This document shows, one piece after another, positions 38,603 to 47,882 of a DNA stretch of 64,000 nucleotides (the first letter of the stretch is position 1; each line of letters begins with the position of its first letter). Source of the stretch: a virus. Both the position numbers and the translations under genes were made by a program. Where the stretch lies: IMG/VR virus record IMGVR_UViG_3300023718_000004, positions 12,819-76,818 of that record; one strand, 5' to 3'. A model generated the notes under the pieces. It did not search any database. It saw only the letters and a list, made by a program, of their open reading frames with translations, and was not told the DNA's origin.

Positions 38603-38992
38603 TCACAAATCGTTTATTGCTTTTAATTTCTGATTAGCAATTTCAACCTGAGAAGCAAGTACGCTACGTGTCACATCTCTTATAAACGATTGTTCTAGTG
38701 TCATGCTCTCACTGTAAAACAACGTCGGAGCTGTGAGTACATAGATTTCAATATCCAAATTACAAAGCCGTCTCCATATTTCTTCGATTTCATTCTTGGT
38801 ATTTCCAATATCATCAACTCCGCAAATAATTAATGAATCACCCTTTTTCATGTTTTCACAAAGAAGTCTAAAATTATTATTTTCATCTGCCAAATCGAAA
38901 ATAAACGAGTCAATTTCTTCGTTCAAAAGTATCTTTTTCTTTGCTTCCAACGGGAACCATAATCCAGATTCTCTTGCGTATCCTATCTTCAT
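38603..38992 (-). CDS. Serine recombinase (resolvase) catalytic-domain-only protein
   Basis: MKIGYARESGLW resembles the resolvase IGYARVST N-terminus, with Ser retained. 129 aa. No HTH or DNA-binding domain. Confidence 0.4.
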   Translation of the reverse strand: MKIGYARESGLWFPLEAKKKILLNEEIDSFIFDLADENNNFRLLCENMKKGDSLIICGVDDIGNTKNEIEEIWRRLCNLDIEIYVLTAPTLFYSESMTLEQSFIRDVTRSVLASQVEIANQKLKAINDL

Positions 38993-39483
38993 GTTTTATA
39001 CCTGCCTTTCTTGGTACTGCCTTATTTAGTGTTGGCAGAGAAACAGTTAAGGCTTACTGCTTGTCGTGTTGCAATCACTATCCCTGCCATGTGGAGTCGT
39101 TGATGTTGAAAGAGTTCTTTTTGTTTTTTTGGAAACTCGAGGAACTGACTACGCCAGCCAGAGGTCTATATATAACCCCCTCCCGGTCATCCAGTGCAGA
39201 CGCTGGCAAGTCAGCCCGCCGCCCCATTGGACCCGCTGCCCTTACCTGGTCGCTGTTTATCGTATGCCATTGGCAATGGTCAAGTAGAATTTACCGAACG
39301 TATTTTCTCGAACATATGTATCTATATGATAAACACTTGTTTTTTATATAGATGTCTTCAAAAATCTATACATAATGCACAAATATAATCGTCATTATTG
39401 TGTATATTGTACGATTCCATGCGTTTACTGCATTTTGTCCGTCCCTCATGTACATTTTTATTGTTTCTGTGTTCTTACAGGCT

Positions 39484-40074
39484 TTACAACTCCGGCTTTT
39501 CCATCTCTGGAAGCTGTAAAGCGGCTCTGTGCTTCTCTGCGATCTGCTGCGCGGTCTGCTGTGGTACGCCGTACTGTTGTGTTGCTTGTACTGGTGCCGT
39601 TTCTGCCATGCCATAGGCTGCTTTTGCAACAAATATCAAATTCGCATTTGTTCCGGTCTGGTTATGCAGTCTATTAATTGCACAGTTTTTACAAATATCA
39701 AACCATTTTTTAGCCGTGTCACCATGTGATGAGTTTGTTCTATACACTCCATTCATCCAGTCAGTAAACGTTGTACGATTAATCCCAACTAAAAAGCTAA
39801 ATACTTCTAATGTTGGCAATACATGATATTTACTGCATAATCTCACATAAGTATTAAACATTTTATCTAATAGCTCTATATTGTCATTACTTGGCTTTTG
39901 TATATGATCTGCAATATAAAAAATCATATCTACAAAGCTATCTGATACTTCTTTCTTATAGTTTTCGTTATCTGGTGATATACATAATACAGTATCTATA
40001 TACTCATCAGCATATATATTAATATTATCTAAATAGATATCTACGTCTTGTACATTTACTGTATTATCTTTCAT
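39484..40074 (-). CDS. Hypothetical protein
   Basis: 196-aa ORF. The last minus-strand gene before the AT-rich non-coding region. Confidence 0.35.
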   Translation of the reverse strand: MKDNTVNVQDVDIYLDNINIYADEYIDTVLCISPDNENYKKEVSDSFVDMIFYIADHIQKPSNDNIELLDKMFNTYVRLCSKYHVLPTLEVFSFLVGINRTTFTDWMNGVYRTNSSHGDTAKKWFDICKNCAINRLHNQTGTNANLIFVAKAAYGMAETAPVQATQQYGVPQQTAQQIAEKHRAALQLPEMEKPEL

Positions 40075-40404
40075 ATTATCACCTCACTTTAACACGTTAA
40101 TTTACAAATAAAAAAGAGAATGTCACCGGGTAAAGCTTATTCCCGGAAAACTTCCGGGTGTTCGGGTACATTCTCTAAAACTTAAAATAAAATATTCTGT
40201 TTTCTTTGTTGCTGATACCTTAACACAGTTTTTAATATCTTGTCAAATTTAATTTTGCATAAAATAAAACCCATTATTTTGTCAATAATTAATAAATAAT
40301 AATTAGGGTATTATATTATAATCTTTATTTATATTTATATCTTATATATTATTATACGGTACTGTATAGCATATCTTTTAATAAACTCCAGCTTTAGGAA
40401 TCTA

Positions 40405-40575
40405 GGAAGGGCAGAGAATAATTATATAATTATATATAATATAAGGGCGGCTACATTTTCGCAGATTTGCATAATAAAAGCCAGACCTTCCAGGAGTTTC
40501 TATCCGGCGTGATCTGGCTTGTTATGCGTGTTGTTTAATTAACGATTCTGTGTACTTTCAGCCTCTGCCCTTCCT
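40405..40575. repeat. Long-range inverted repeat (12/12 bp GGAAGGGCAGAG / CTCTGCCCTTCC) enclosing about 150 bp with a nested imperfect hairpin
   Basis: Direct reading at 40405-40416 and 40564-40575. Nested aagccagacc...gatctggctt. Confidence 0.4.
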
Positions 40576-41013
40576 GAGTTCCGTCAGCTCTCGTTATCTG
40601 ATAGCCTAAAGAAGTTTTAGAAAAATGTCGAGCGGTATTTTAAAAATATTTTTCTTGACAATTTGCCAAAAGCTGTGTTATTAAAATATTAACAGGCTCG
40701 GCGGCGGTCTGTACTCTGTCCATAGCCGCCACAAATAAGCATATTAAAAGCCCCTGGATAATTTCCTAGGGCTTTATTTTTATTCTTCCTCTTCTTCCTC
40801 TTCTTCCTCTAACCATATTTGACACTGCTTGCCGTCCTCTTCGTAGCTGATAGCCTCGCCAGCTTCCAGGCGTTCCCGCCATTCCTCCGGGTAATTCTCC
40901 GGTCTGTAAATACAGTTTCCCGAAAAGAACTGGTTTCCTCTCATTTCGTTAACTACCATTTTTCCTCCTGTCCGCCCCTCCTGGGGCTGTGTAATTGGTT
41001 TTCTTTAACTATC

Positions 41014-41400
41014 TTTATGATATCATAAGTGCATTATATTGTCAATAATATAAGTGCATTATTTTTTATATTTCTCCATTCTTTCAAGCTCTGCCGCTAT
41101 TACTTCCTTTATAAATGTATTTGGCTTTTCGATTCCTAGCTTTTTCATTTTTTCTTTTGTACCAGCTGGAAATATTATATTTATACGGTCGTTCTTCTTC
41201 TCGTATTCTCTAACGGCTTTTCTTTGTGCTTCTGTTGTCTTTAATTCTTCCATATTGTAAGCCCTCCTTTTTATAATGATAATATCATAAGTGCATTATA
41301 TTGTCAATAATATAAGTGCATTATACACAATGTACAATTAAGCGCCACTATATAAGTGCATTATTTAGTTATTATTCCATATTGTATAAGTGCATTATAT
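41014..41400. repeat. Array of six copies of the 13-mer ATAAGTGCATTAT, including a 45-bp perfect direct repeat flanking the RHH gene
   Basis: Copies at about 41022, 41048, 41292, 41318, 41352 and 41385. The unit tcataagtgcattatattgtcaataatataagtgcattat is duplicated on both sides of the RHH gene (41059-41253). Confidence 0.55.
41059..41253 (-). CDS. RHH-fold (Arc/CopG/Omega-like) DNA-binding protein
   Basis: DRINIIFPAGTKEKMKKLGIEKPNTFIKEVIAAELERM fits a beta-strand-helix-helix pattern. Embedded in the repeat array. Confidence 0.5.
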   Translation of the reverse strand: MEELKTTEAQRKAVREYEKKNDRINIIFPAGTKEKMKKLGIEKPNTFIKEVIAAELERMEKYKK

Positions 41401-41614
41401 GTGGTATTATAATATCAACAAAGGAACAAAAGAAACAAACAACCGGAACCGCCCGAACCACTCAAGCCAATGAGGACATAAGGAAAACGGACTGATTAAT
41501 TGAAAAATTCTAGTTCCCAGAAAATAAAAAAGCCCGGCGATCTTCCAAACCAAACCGGGCACCAAACTAAAAAGAAAGGCAACCCTATTATAACAGGGGA
41601 GAAGGTAAAAAGCA

Positions 41615-42025
41615 ATGTTAAAAACAAATTCAAAAGAAGTTATGAACAGAATTAAAAAGGTTATCATGGACAGCTACGAAGCAGCCGAGGAATATTATAC
41701 ATTTGACGGCTCCACAATGAAAACAGAGTACAACGATATCTGTAAAGATATTATGAACATGTTTTACATTGAAAAATTACAGTTTGATAACAGATACAAA
41801 GCCGGAAGAATTAGTAAAGCTGATTTGTTCATGGATTGGATGCAGGGCTTACCGTCAGCTTTTCCAGTTTCTAACGATATTTTTTTAAACAGTGCTGTTG
41901 ATTTTCTCGGCGATCTCCTGGACGAGACAGAAACAGAAAAAGAAAAATTTACAGATGAACAGGCAGAAAAAAGAGCCGTGTATCTTCTGTACAGAAAACT
42001 TGAAAAACACGCAAAAAAGGCATAA
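41615..42025 (+). CDS. Hypothetical protein (plus-strand cassette)
   Basis: 136 aa. Start of a 1.5-kb plus-strand gene set opposite to genome polarity. Confidence 0.4.
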   Translation: MLKTNSKEVMNRIKKVIMDSYEAAEEYYTFDGSTMKTEYNDICKDIMNMFYIEKLQFDNRYKAGRISKADLFMDWMQGLPSAFPVSNDIFLNSAVDFLGDLLDETETEKEKFTDEQAEKRAVYLLYRKLEKHAKKA

Positions 42026-42098
42026 ATAACTAACTTTTATATCAATCCGGGGAACTTTCCCCGGAAGTCTTTAAAATAAAATCAGGAGGATTAAAAAC

Positions 42099-42302
42099 AT
42101 GATAAAAATTGACATGTGGTACAATGACAAAAAGGAGCAGGCAACTGGGCTTGATATCTGGTTTAATGATTTAGGGTGTTTTTACTCTGGAAATATCAAG
42201 ATTTTTGGTGATATTGTAGGCGATTATTACGCCGACAGCGTGCAAGAAATTTGTAAAGCGTTCCCGCATCTGGAAGAGAAAATAAACGCTTGTTTGAATT
42301 AA
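42099..42302 (+). CDS. Hypothetical protein
   Basis: 67 aa with an AGGAGG RBS. Confidence 0.4.
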   Translation: MIKIDMWYNDKKEQATGLDIWFNDLGCFYSGNIKIFGDIVGDYYADSVQEICKAFPHLEEKINACLN

Positions 42303-42363
42303 ATAAACAATTTCCGGGCGGGGCTTTCTCGCCTGTTTTCCTAATCAAATGGAGTTCTAAAAC

Positions 42364-42576
42364 ATGAAATATCATTATATAGCAATTTCAACACGCACAA
42401 ACAATAAAAACTTTGCGTCTGTTCTTCGAGTCTCAAGCTCTGATAATTTATTATTTTCCTTGCAAATCCCCGGCATTACTTCCGCGAATATTTGCAGTAC
42501 AAAAAAAGAAGCGGAAAAAGTCGTTGATTTTTGGAACAAATGTTACAAGAAAAATAAAACTTTTGGAGGGCTTTAA
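42364..42576 (+). CDS. Hypothetical protein
   Basis: 70 aa. Confidence 0.35.
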   Translation: MKYHYIAISTRTNNKNFASVLRVSSSDNLLFSLQIPGITSANICSTKKEAEKVVDFWNKCYKKNKTFGGL

Positions 42577-42577
42577 A

Positions 42578-42991
42578 ATGGTAACAATCATGAAAGCCAC
42601 GCAAGCGCAAACAATCACCGCCATAAAAAGCGGCGACTTCTCCGTAATTGATACGATCAACAGAAAATCTGAAAAGGAAGCAATGGAAATCTTCAAGGCT
42701 GTTTCCGATGGAGCTATTAAATTAGCTTATTGGGATATGCCCTCGGTAAAGCGCCGGGATGGTAAAAGGTCTATAATGCGGTACGCCTTGCACCGATCGA
42801 CGAAAAATGTGGACTGTTTACAACTTTCCTGTATGGAGCTTATCGGGAGCGAGATCATCCCCACAAGCGACAGACAATTCAATATTAAAGATGATTACGA
42901 CCGCCGGGAATTTTTCCGCAGTCTTCCAGCTGTTACAAAAATGACTTTAAATAATAGGGCGCGTCTTTTTATATCCTGGCTCCCAGGGTGA
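42578..42991 (+). CDS. Hypothetical protein
   Basis: Start MVTIMKATQ with a GGAGGG RBS. 137 aa. Confidence 0.4.
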   Translation: MVTIMKATQAQTITAIKSGDFSVIDTINRKSEKEAMEIFKAVSDGAIKLAYWDMPSVKRRDGKRSIMRYALHRSTKNVDCLQLSCMELIGSEIIPTSDRQFNIKDDYDRREFFRSLPAVTKMTLNNRARLFISWLPG

Positions 42992-44180
42992 AGGGAAGAA
43001 AGATAAAAACATGAGTGATAAAATATTTAATAAATTAATAACACTTTCTGTTGATGAGCTAGACAATTACATAGAATTTTTAGAAAGTATTTATTCCCCG
43101 ACTATTACTGGGAAAGAGATTGATAAAAAAACTATGGAATATTTAGGTATAACTGATTGATTTTTTACCGCTTCCCGGTATCCAGCCCGTCGGCACGTTC
43201 ACGGCGTGCAAGCGGTTTTTTGGCATTCTGCCAGATACACCTTGCAAAGTTAATATAATAAGTCAATCAATTAACGCGCTATTTTATCCGTAAATCGTTT
43301 TTTATGCTGTTAATGGTGATTTATGCCACGTTTGCATTATAAGCCGTTTATGAGCCTTTAAAACGCTTTATAGTGTGTTGTATGGTTTATTGACTGTCTG
43401 CGGCTATGGGTGTATAATAGCCTTGTATAGCTATGTTCGGCTATGCTTTATTTGTGTACCTTTTCAATTGGCGCATTGTGTCCGCTTATTTGTGCCGGCT
43501 TTGCGTTGATCTGCCGAAGCTGTCCGGGCTATATAACAATTATGGCTACAACAACTATATTGCAATACGCTTGTATAGCACCATATTTGCCATTTTAAGG
43601 CGTTTTATAACCGCAGTCGATAAAGTATAGGCTAAATACATTAAAAGCCATTAAAGACGCATTTAGCAAGACTATTATTGTATTATTCGGTATTCTTTGT
43701 TATGGCTTATTATTCGTGGTCGGTTGCTTTTTATTTGCCACAACTACGGCTGGCGGTCTGCTTCGTTGGTGTTCAATTGTTCCGGGTGGTTTCCTGGCTT
43801 CATCAGCTCGGCGCTGTATCGGTTCCCGGTGCTGTCCCTGGTTGATTTGTGCCGGCGGAAAAGTCGCAGCTGTTCAAGACTTCAATAGTTGCAACTAACT
43901 TATGAATAATCTCCAAATTCCAACATCATTTTGGCGGCCAAAAATCAAGGAAATCCAGAAAAAAAGTGGCAACCAGAAAAATTCTCGCATTTTCTAGCTG
44001 CCACTTAAATTTTAATTTTGCACAAATATTTCTATAGCGTAAAGTTTCAAATGATTCAAAATTCACAATTTATTTAATCCTTCTTTCTTCCGTGTTCCAT
44101 ATCTTCTGTGGGATGATTTCTCTAAGCGTTCTGTCCTCTTCACTTGGGACTTGGAAAGTTTCTTCTTTCTCTGGTAATTA

Positions 44181-44861
44181 TCAGTCGTTGTCCCCATTCA
44201 CGCCCTCCTTGTTAATCTTCTGATTCCTGGTTTCAAAGTTTATAATCTCCGTGTCTGTTTCTAATTCTTCCGGGATTCTTCCAACAATGATAACTCTCAG
44301 TGGCTTCAATCTCCGTTCCATCTCCTTGAAACCAACGCAAAATTCCAACCGTGCCACCTTGCTCTTTACTCTTCCATTGGTGCAACAGGCAACTGTACTT
44401 CCCTCTGGTAGCCCATCAAAGCACCAGTCCCAACAGTATTCTGGTAATATGTTTACGTTCGGAATTATTGGAATATCATTCAAGATCATGTAGTGAGCCA
44501 GTGCGTGATTGCGGTATTTATTCCACAGGCACATTACCAGTGGCATTCCATTCTTGCCTACCGATATGCTAAAATCCGGCATAATGACTGCATGAAAACA
44601 TTTTAAATGCTCCATATACTTGTCTGGCTGATTCCATAATCTTTGAAACTGTACATCATCCACGTAGAAGTTTACATCCAGTTCCAGGTGGTTCTTAATC
44701 TTTCGGCTGAAGCTCTCCGCAAAGTCTACAGTATCTTTGCCTGGATGGATAAAAGTCTTTGGAATTTTCGGTATTCCGTACTTACCATCAAGGTCTGCAT
44801 CCGTGATTAAAAACTCTTTCATTACGTCATAAGCTGTATGTATCATTGATTCCACTCCCAT
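44181..44861 (-). CDS. Hypothetical protein (DUF4417-like?) adjacent to the recombinase
   Basis: 226 aa immediately downstream of the serine recombinase. Family assignment is from memory only. Confidence 0.35.
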   Translation of the reverse strand: MGVESMIHTAYDVMKEFLITDADLDGKYGIPKIPKTFIHPGKDTVDFAESFSRKIKNHLELDVNFYVDDVQFQRLWNQPDKYMEHLKCFHAVIMPDFSISVGKNGMPLVMCLWNKYRNHALAHYMILNDIPIIPNVNILPEYCWDWCFDGLPEGSTVACCTNGRVKSKVARLEFCVGFKEMERRLKPLRVIIVGRIPEELETDTEIINFETRNQKINKEGVNGDND

Positions 44862-44869
44862 TTTTTCTC

Positions 44870-46582
44870 TTATAGCGCTAAAAGGTACTTATATTTGAAA
44901 AATACCATATCTTGTGTCTTAATGCAAGTTTTCCTACTAAATATCTTGTGTTGTTCTGGATGTAGAGTTAAAATCATATCGTCAGAACGGCGCAAGGGAA
45001 ACCCCCATTTTTCAAGGCTTCCAGACCTTAATTGAAATGTCAGTGTTGCACATGTAACCGCCAACGGTTCAACGGTAATTTTCTCAAAAAGTTCATTGAC
45101 AATCTGCCTGTTAATGTCCTGTGGAGTAACGCCTTTAAACTTTTCTAACTGTTCTTTAATAGCACTTAATTGTATTTCTACTGGCTCTGGACTTTTTGTA
45201 TTTTGGATTTCTAGAATATGGCTCTCAATCTGTTTTATCTGCTTCACGTATTCTTTATTTCTTGAAATAAACTCATCATCAGATATTTTTCCATCCAGAT
45301 TATATTCCAGTATTTTTTCACGTTTTTGTTTTAACAGATCAATCTGTTTTTCAAGTCGTGAGATTTCGTTTTTATTGTCTGGAATGTTTTTGATCGAGGA
45401 CTGCAAAATTTCAAAATATTCTTCCAAAATGCTGTCAATATTTTCAGAAGATTTATTTATTAATTCTGCAATTATTTCTTTCAGTTCTGATTCTGCCAGT
45501 CCGAATGAATCGCATGAAGCTGCTCCGTTTTTTATCTTATAACTGCATACCCATCGAACATCTTCTTTTCCTCGAATATAATGCTGCTTCATCCAGTATG
45601 GCGCTCCGTCATTTGCGCAGAAAAGTTTTCCAGTGAAAATATTTTCGTTTTTAAAAGAGGTTCTTCTTGATTTTATGGCTTCTCCACGTTCTCTTAAATA
45701 TGCGTTTGCCTTTTTCCAGGTAGTTTCATCAATGATCTGCGGTACTCTGGAACCATCATCCTTAAACATTATCCATTCTGACTGCGGAAGAAATTCTTGT
45801 TTCTTTGTGAACATATCGACAACCTTTACTTTTCCTCCGCAATAGTATCCTTTGTATTTTGGATTCCGAATAATATTTTTTATGACATCTCTACTGATCT
45901 TACCGCCTTTGAAACTTCTATATCCCATATTCCAGAGTTTTTTTTCAATTCTTGGTGTAGACATTCCAGAAGCATAGTCTCGAAAGACCATTCGAACCAT
46001 GTCTGCTTCTTCTGGAATCAGTTCGAGTTTTCCTTGATTGTTTGAGTATCCATACATTCTGTGTCCGAGAACAACACCGTTTTTGATTGACTGTGCGTGT
46101 CCAAATTTTACTCTTGAAGAAAGCTTGCGGATTTCGTCCTGCGCTACCCCGGCCATAATAGTAAGTCGGAATTCACTATCATCATCAATAGTATTAATTC
46201 CATCATTTTGGAACCACACGCATACGCCGTAAGACAACAATTCTCTGGTATATTGGATGCTATCAAGAGTGTTTCTCGCAAATCTTGAAATTTCTTTTGT
46301 TATAATCATGTCAATTTTTCCAAGCTTTGCATCTCTGAGCATTCTTTGAAATTCTTCTCTTTTATCCGCATGTATTCCAGAAATACCATCATCAATGTAA
46401 GAACCAGCAAACTTCCATCTGTTGTTAGAATGTATCAGATCTTCAAAATGTTCCTCCTGGTGCTTAATGGATGCTTGCTGTTCAACTTTTTCAGTAGAAA
46501 CCCTGGCATAATAAGCAACATTTAGTTCAATGTCGTAAATAGAGCAATTTCTTAATTTTTCTCTGACATAATAAATATTCAT
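44870..46582 (-). CDS. Large serine recombinase (integrase/invertase family)
   Basis: Start MNIYYV with an AGGGAG RBS. YARVSTEKVEQ catalytic motif, recombinase domain, C-terminal zinc ribbon plus coiled coil. 570 aa. Confidence 0.85.
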   Translation of the reverse strand: MNIYYVREKLRNCSIYDIELNVAYYARVSTEKVEQQASIKHQEEHFEDLIHSNNRWKFAGSYIDDGISGIHADKREEFQRMLRDAKLGKIDMIITKEISRFARNTLDSIQYTRELLSYGVCVWFQNDGINTIDDDSEFRLTIMAGVAQDEIRKLSSRVKFGHAQSIKNGVVLGHRMYGYSNNQGKLELIPEEADMVRMVFRDYASGMSTPRIEKKLWNMGYRSFKGGKISRDVIKNIIRNPKYKGYYCGGKVKVVDMFTKKQEFLPQSEWIMFKDDGSRVPQIIDETTWKKANAYLRERGEAIKSRRTSFKNENIFTGKLFCANDGAPYWMKQHYIRGKEDVRWVCSYKIKNGAASCDSFGLAESELKEIIAELINKSSENIDSILEEYFEILQSSIKNIPDNKNEISRLEKQIDLLKQKREKILEYNLDGKISDDEFISRNKEYVKQIKQIESHILEIQNTKSPEPVEIQLSAIKEQLEKFKGVTPQDINRQIVNELFEKITVEPLAVTCATLTFQLRSGSLEKWGFPLRRSDDMILTLHPEQHKIFSRKTCIKTQDMVFFKYKYLLAL

Positions 46583-46900
46583 AGTGCATTTCTCCCTTAA
46601 TAAACAGGGAGTGGAATCATATAAAGTATAACACCTCATATAAATCCACTCAATACATTGTCGTTACTTTCTAATGCTGATTTCAGCTTTAATTTTATCT
46701 CTTGTTTTCTCATCTATCAGACCAAGTGAGAACATTCTTTCGTTTATGGCATACAATATAGCTTTTTCCATTAATTGTCCCTCCATATAATTATCTCGTT
46801 TTAAGCGCTGTTTTTCTTTATCTTTTGTATGCCCTATAATTTCTACCATTATTCTCTTTTGAACGATTCTGCACTATTTTAAGTATACAATTATCACGTT

Positions 46901-47113
46901 TTACAACAAATCAAAGATGTTTACCTGTCCATCAATCAGAGATTTTTCCAGGTTGTAAAATTTACAGGCTATATAATCTGGGTTCCAATCAATTTCCAGT
47001 TCGTATTGTAAACACCGCGGATGCTTACCACCACGGAAGAATCTGCATTCCGAACAGGTATGCTGATAAGCTGTACCTCCAGATCGCTTATACATTTCGC
47101 TTATCTTTCTCAT
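46901..47113 (-). CDS. Zinc-finger small protein
   Basis: CSECRFFRGGKHPRCL...CKFY. Confidence 0.35.
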   Translation of the reverse strand: MRKISEMYKRSGGTAYQHTCSECRFFRGGKHPRCLQYELEIDWNPDYIACKFYNLEKSLIDGQVNIFDLL

Positions 47114-47352
47114 AGAATCACTCGCTTTACTCTTGACTTTCCTCTCGCTTTCTTCTTGAAGATACCATTTTTAACACAATCCCTTGGATCACATCCTCTG
47201 CTATGTTCTTCAATCAAGATATAATCACAGGTTGCATTTGTGCTCCATGCATTTTCGCTCTTGCTGTAATAGTCGCATTTTGAGCATTGTCTCCGCTTTA
47301 AGCCTATAATTTCAGTGCTTTTTAATTCTCTCCATGGTTTTCTATCTGGCAA
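47110..47352 (-). CDS. Zinc-finger small protein
   Basis: CSKCDYY...CDY..C Cys pairs. 80 aa. Confidence 0.35.
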   Translation of the reverse strand: MPDRKPWRELKSTEIIGLKRRQCSKCDYYSKSENAWSTNATCDYILIEEHSRGCDPRDCVKNGIFKKKARGKSRVKRVIL

Positions 47353-47882
47353 TTTTCCGCACCTCCCAATCTGGCAGTATCTATAATTTTTAAAAGGTCT
47401 GGACTTAGTTTTCTTCGTTCTTGTTCTCTTTGTACTTCTGCCCGGTAAGTCCTTTGGAAATTAGACTGAACTACACTCCACCATGTGCCATCTATATTCC
47501 CTGATTTCGCCCATTCTTCTAACTGCCCCGGACTTGATACTGCTTTCTGAACTATTTCTGGAAGTTTAGAAAATTCTTCTTCCGCATGGTATATAGAGTT
47601 CCAAATTGCCCTTGATACCAGATTCCAAGCTTCTGTTTCGTTCAGTTCGTCAGACTGTGGCGCAAGGCTCTGCGCGCATTGCCGTAATGCAGCTATTGTA
47701 GGTTCTTTCCATTCAGTTTGCATATATTTCTTCAACCCAAAACTTAAAAGCTTGTAATCCAGGTCTTTCAAAAGTCCGTACCAAGTATCAAAAGCATATT
47801 GATCTGGCAGAAATGATGGAGAAGTGTACACAGCTTTCATTGCCTTTACCAGTACCGCCCATTCTTCTCTTGTCATACCCAA
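47322..47882 (-). CDS. Helicase loader, SPP1 G39P-like
   Basis: MTREEWAVLVKAMKAVYTSPSFLPDQYAFDTWYGLLKDLDYKLL resembles the G39P N-terminal domain. Immediately downstream of the replisome organizer. Confidence 0.5.
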   Translation of the reverse strand: MGMTREEWAVLVKAMKAVYTSPSFLPDQYAFDTWYGLLKDLDYKLLSFGLKKYMQTEWKEPTIAALRQCAQSLAPQSDELNETEAWNLVSRAIWNSIYHAEEEFSKLPEIVQKAVSSPGQLEEWAKSGNIDGTWWSVVQSNFQRTYRAEVQREQERRKLSPDLLKIIDTARLGGAENCQIENHGEN

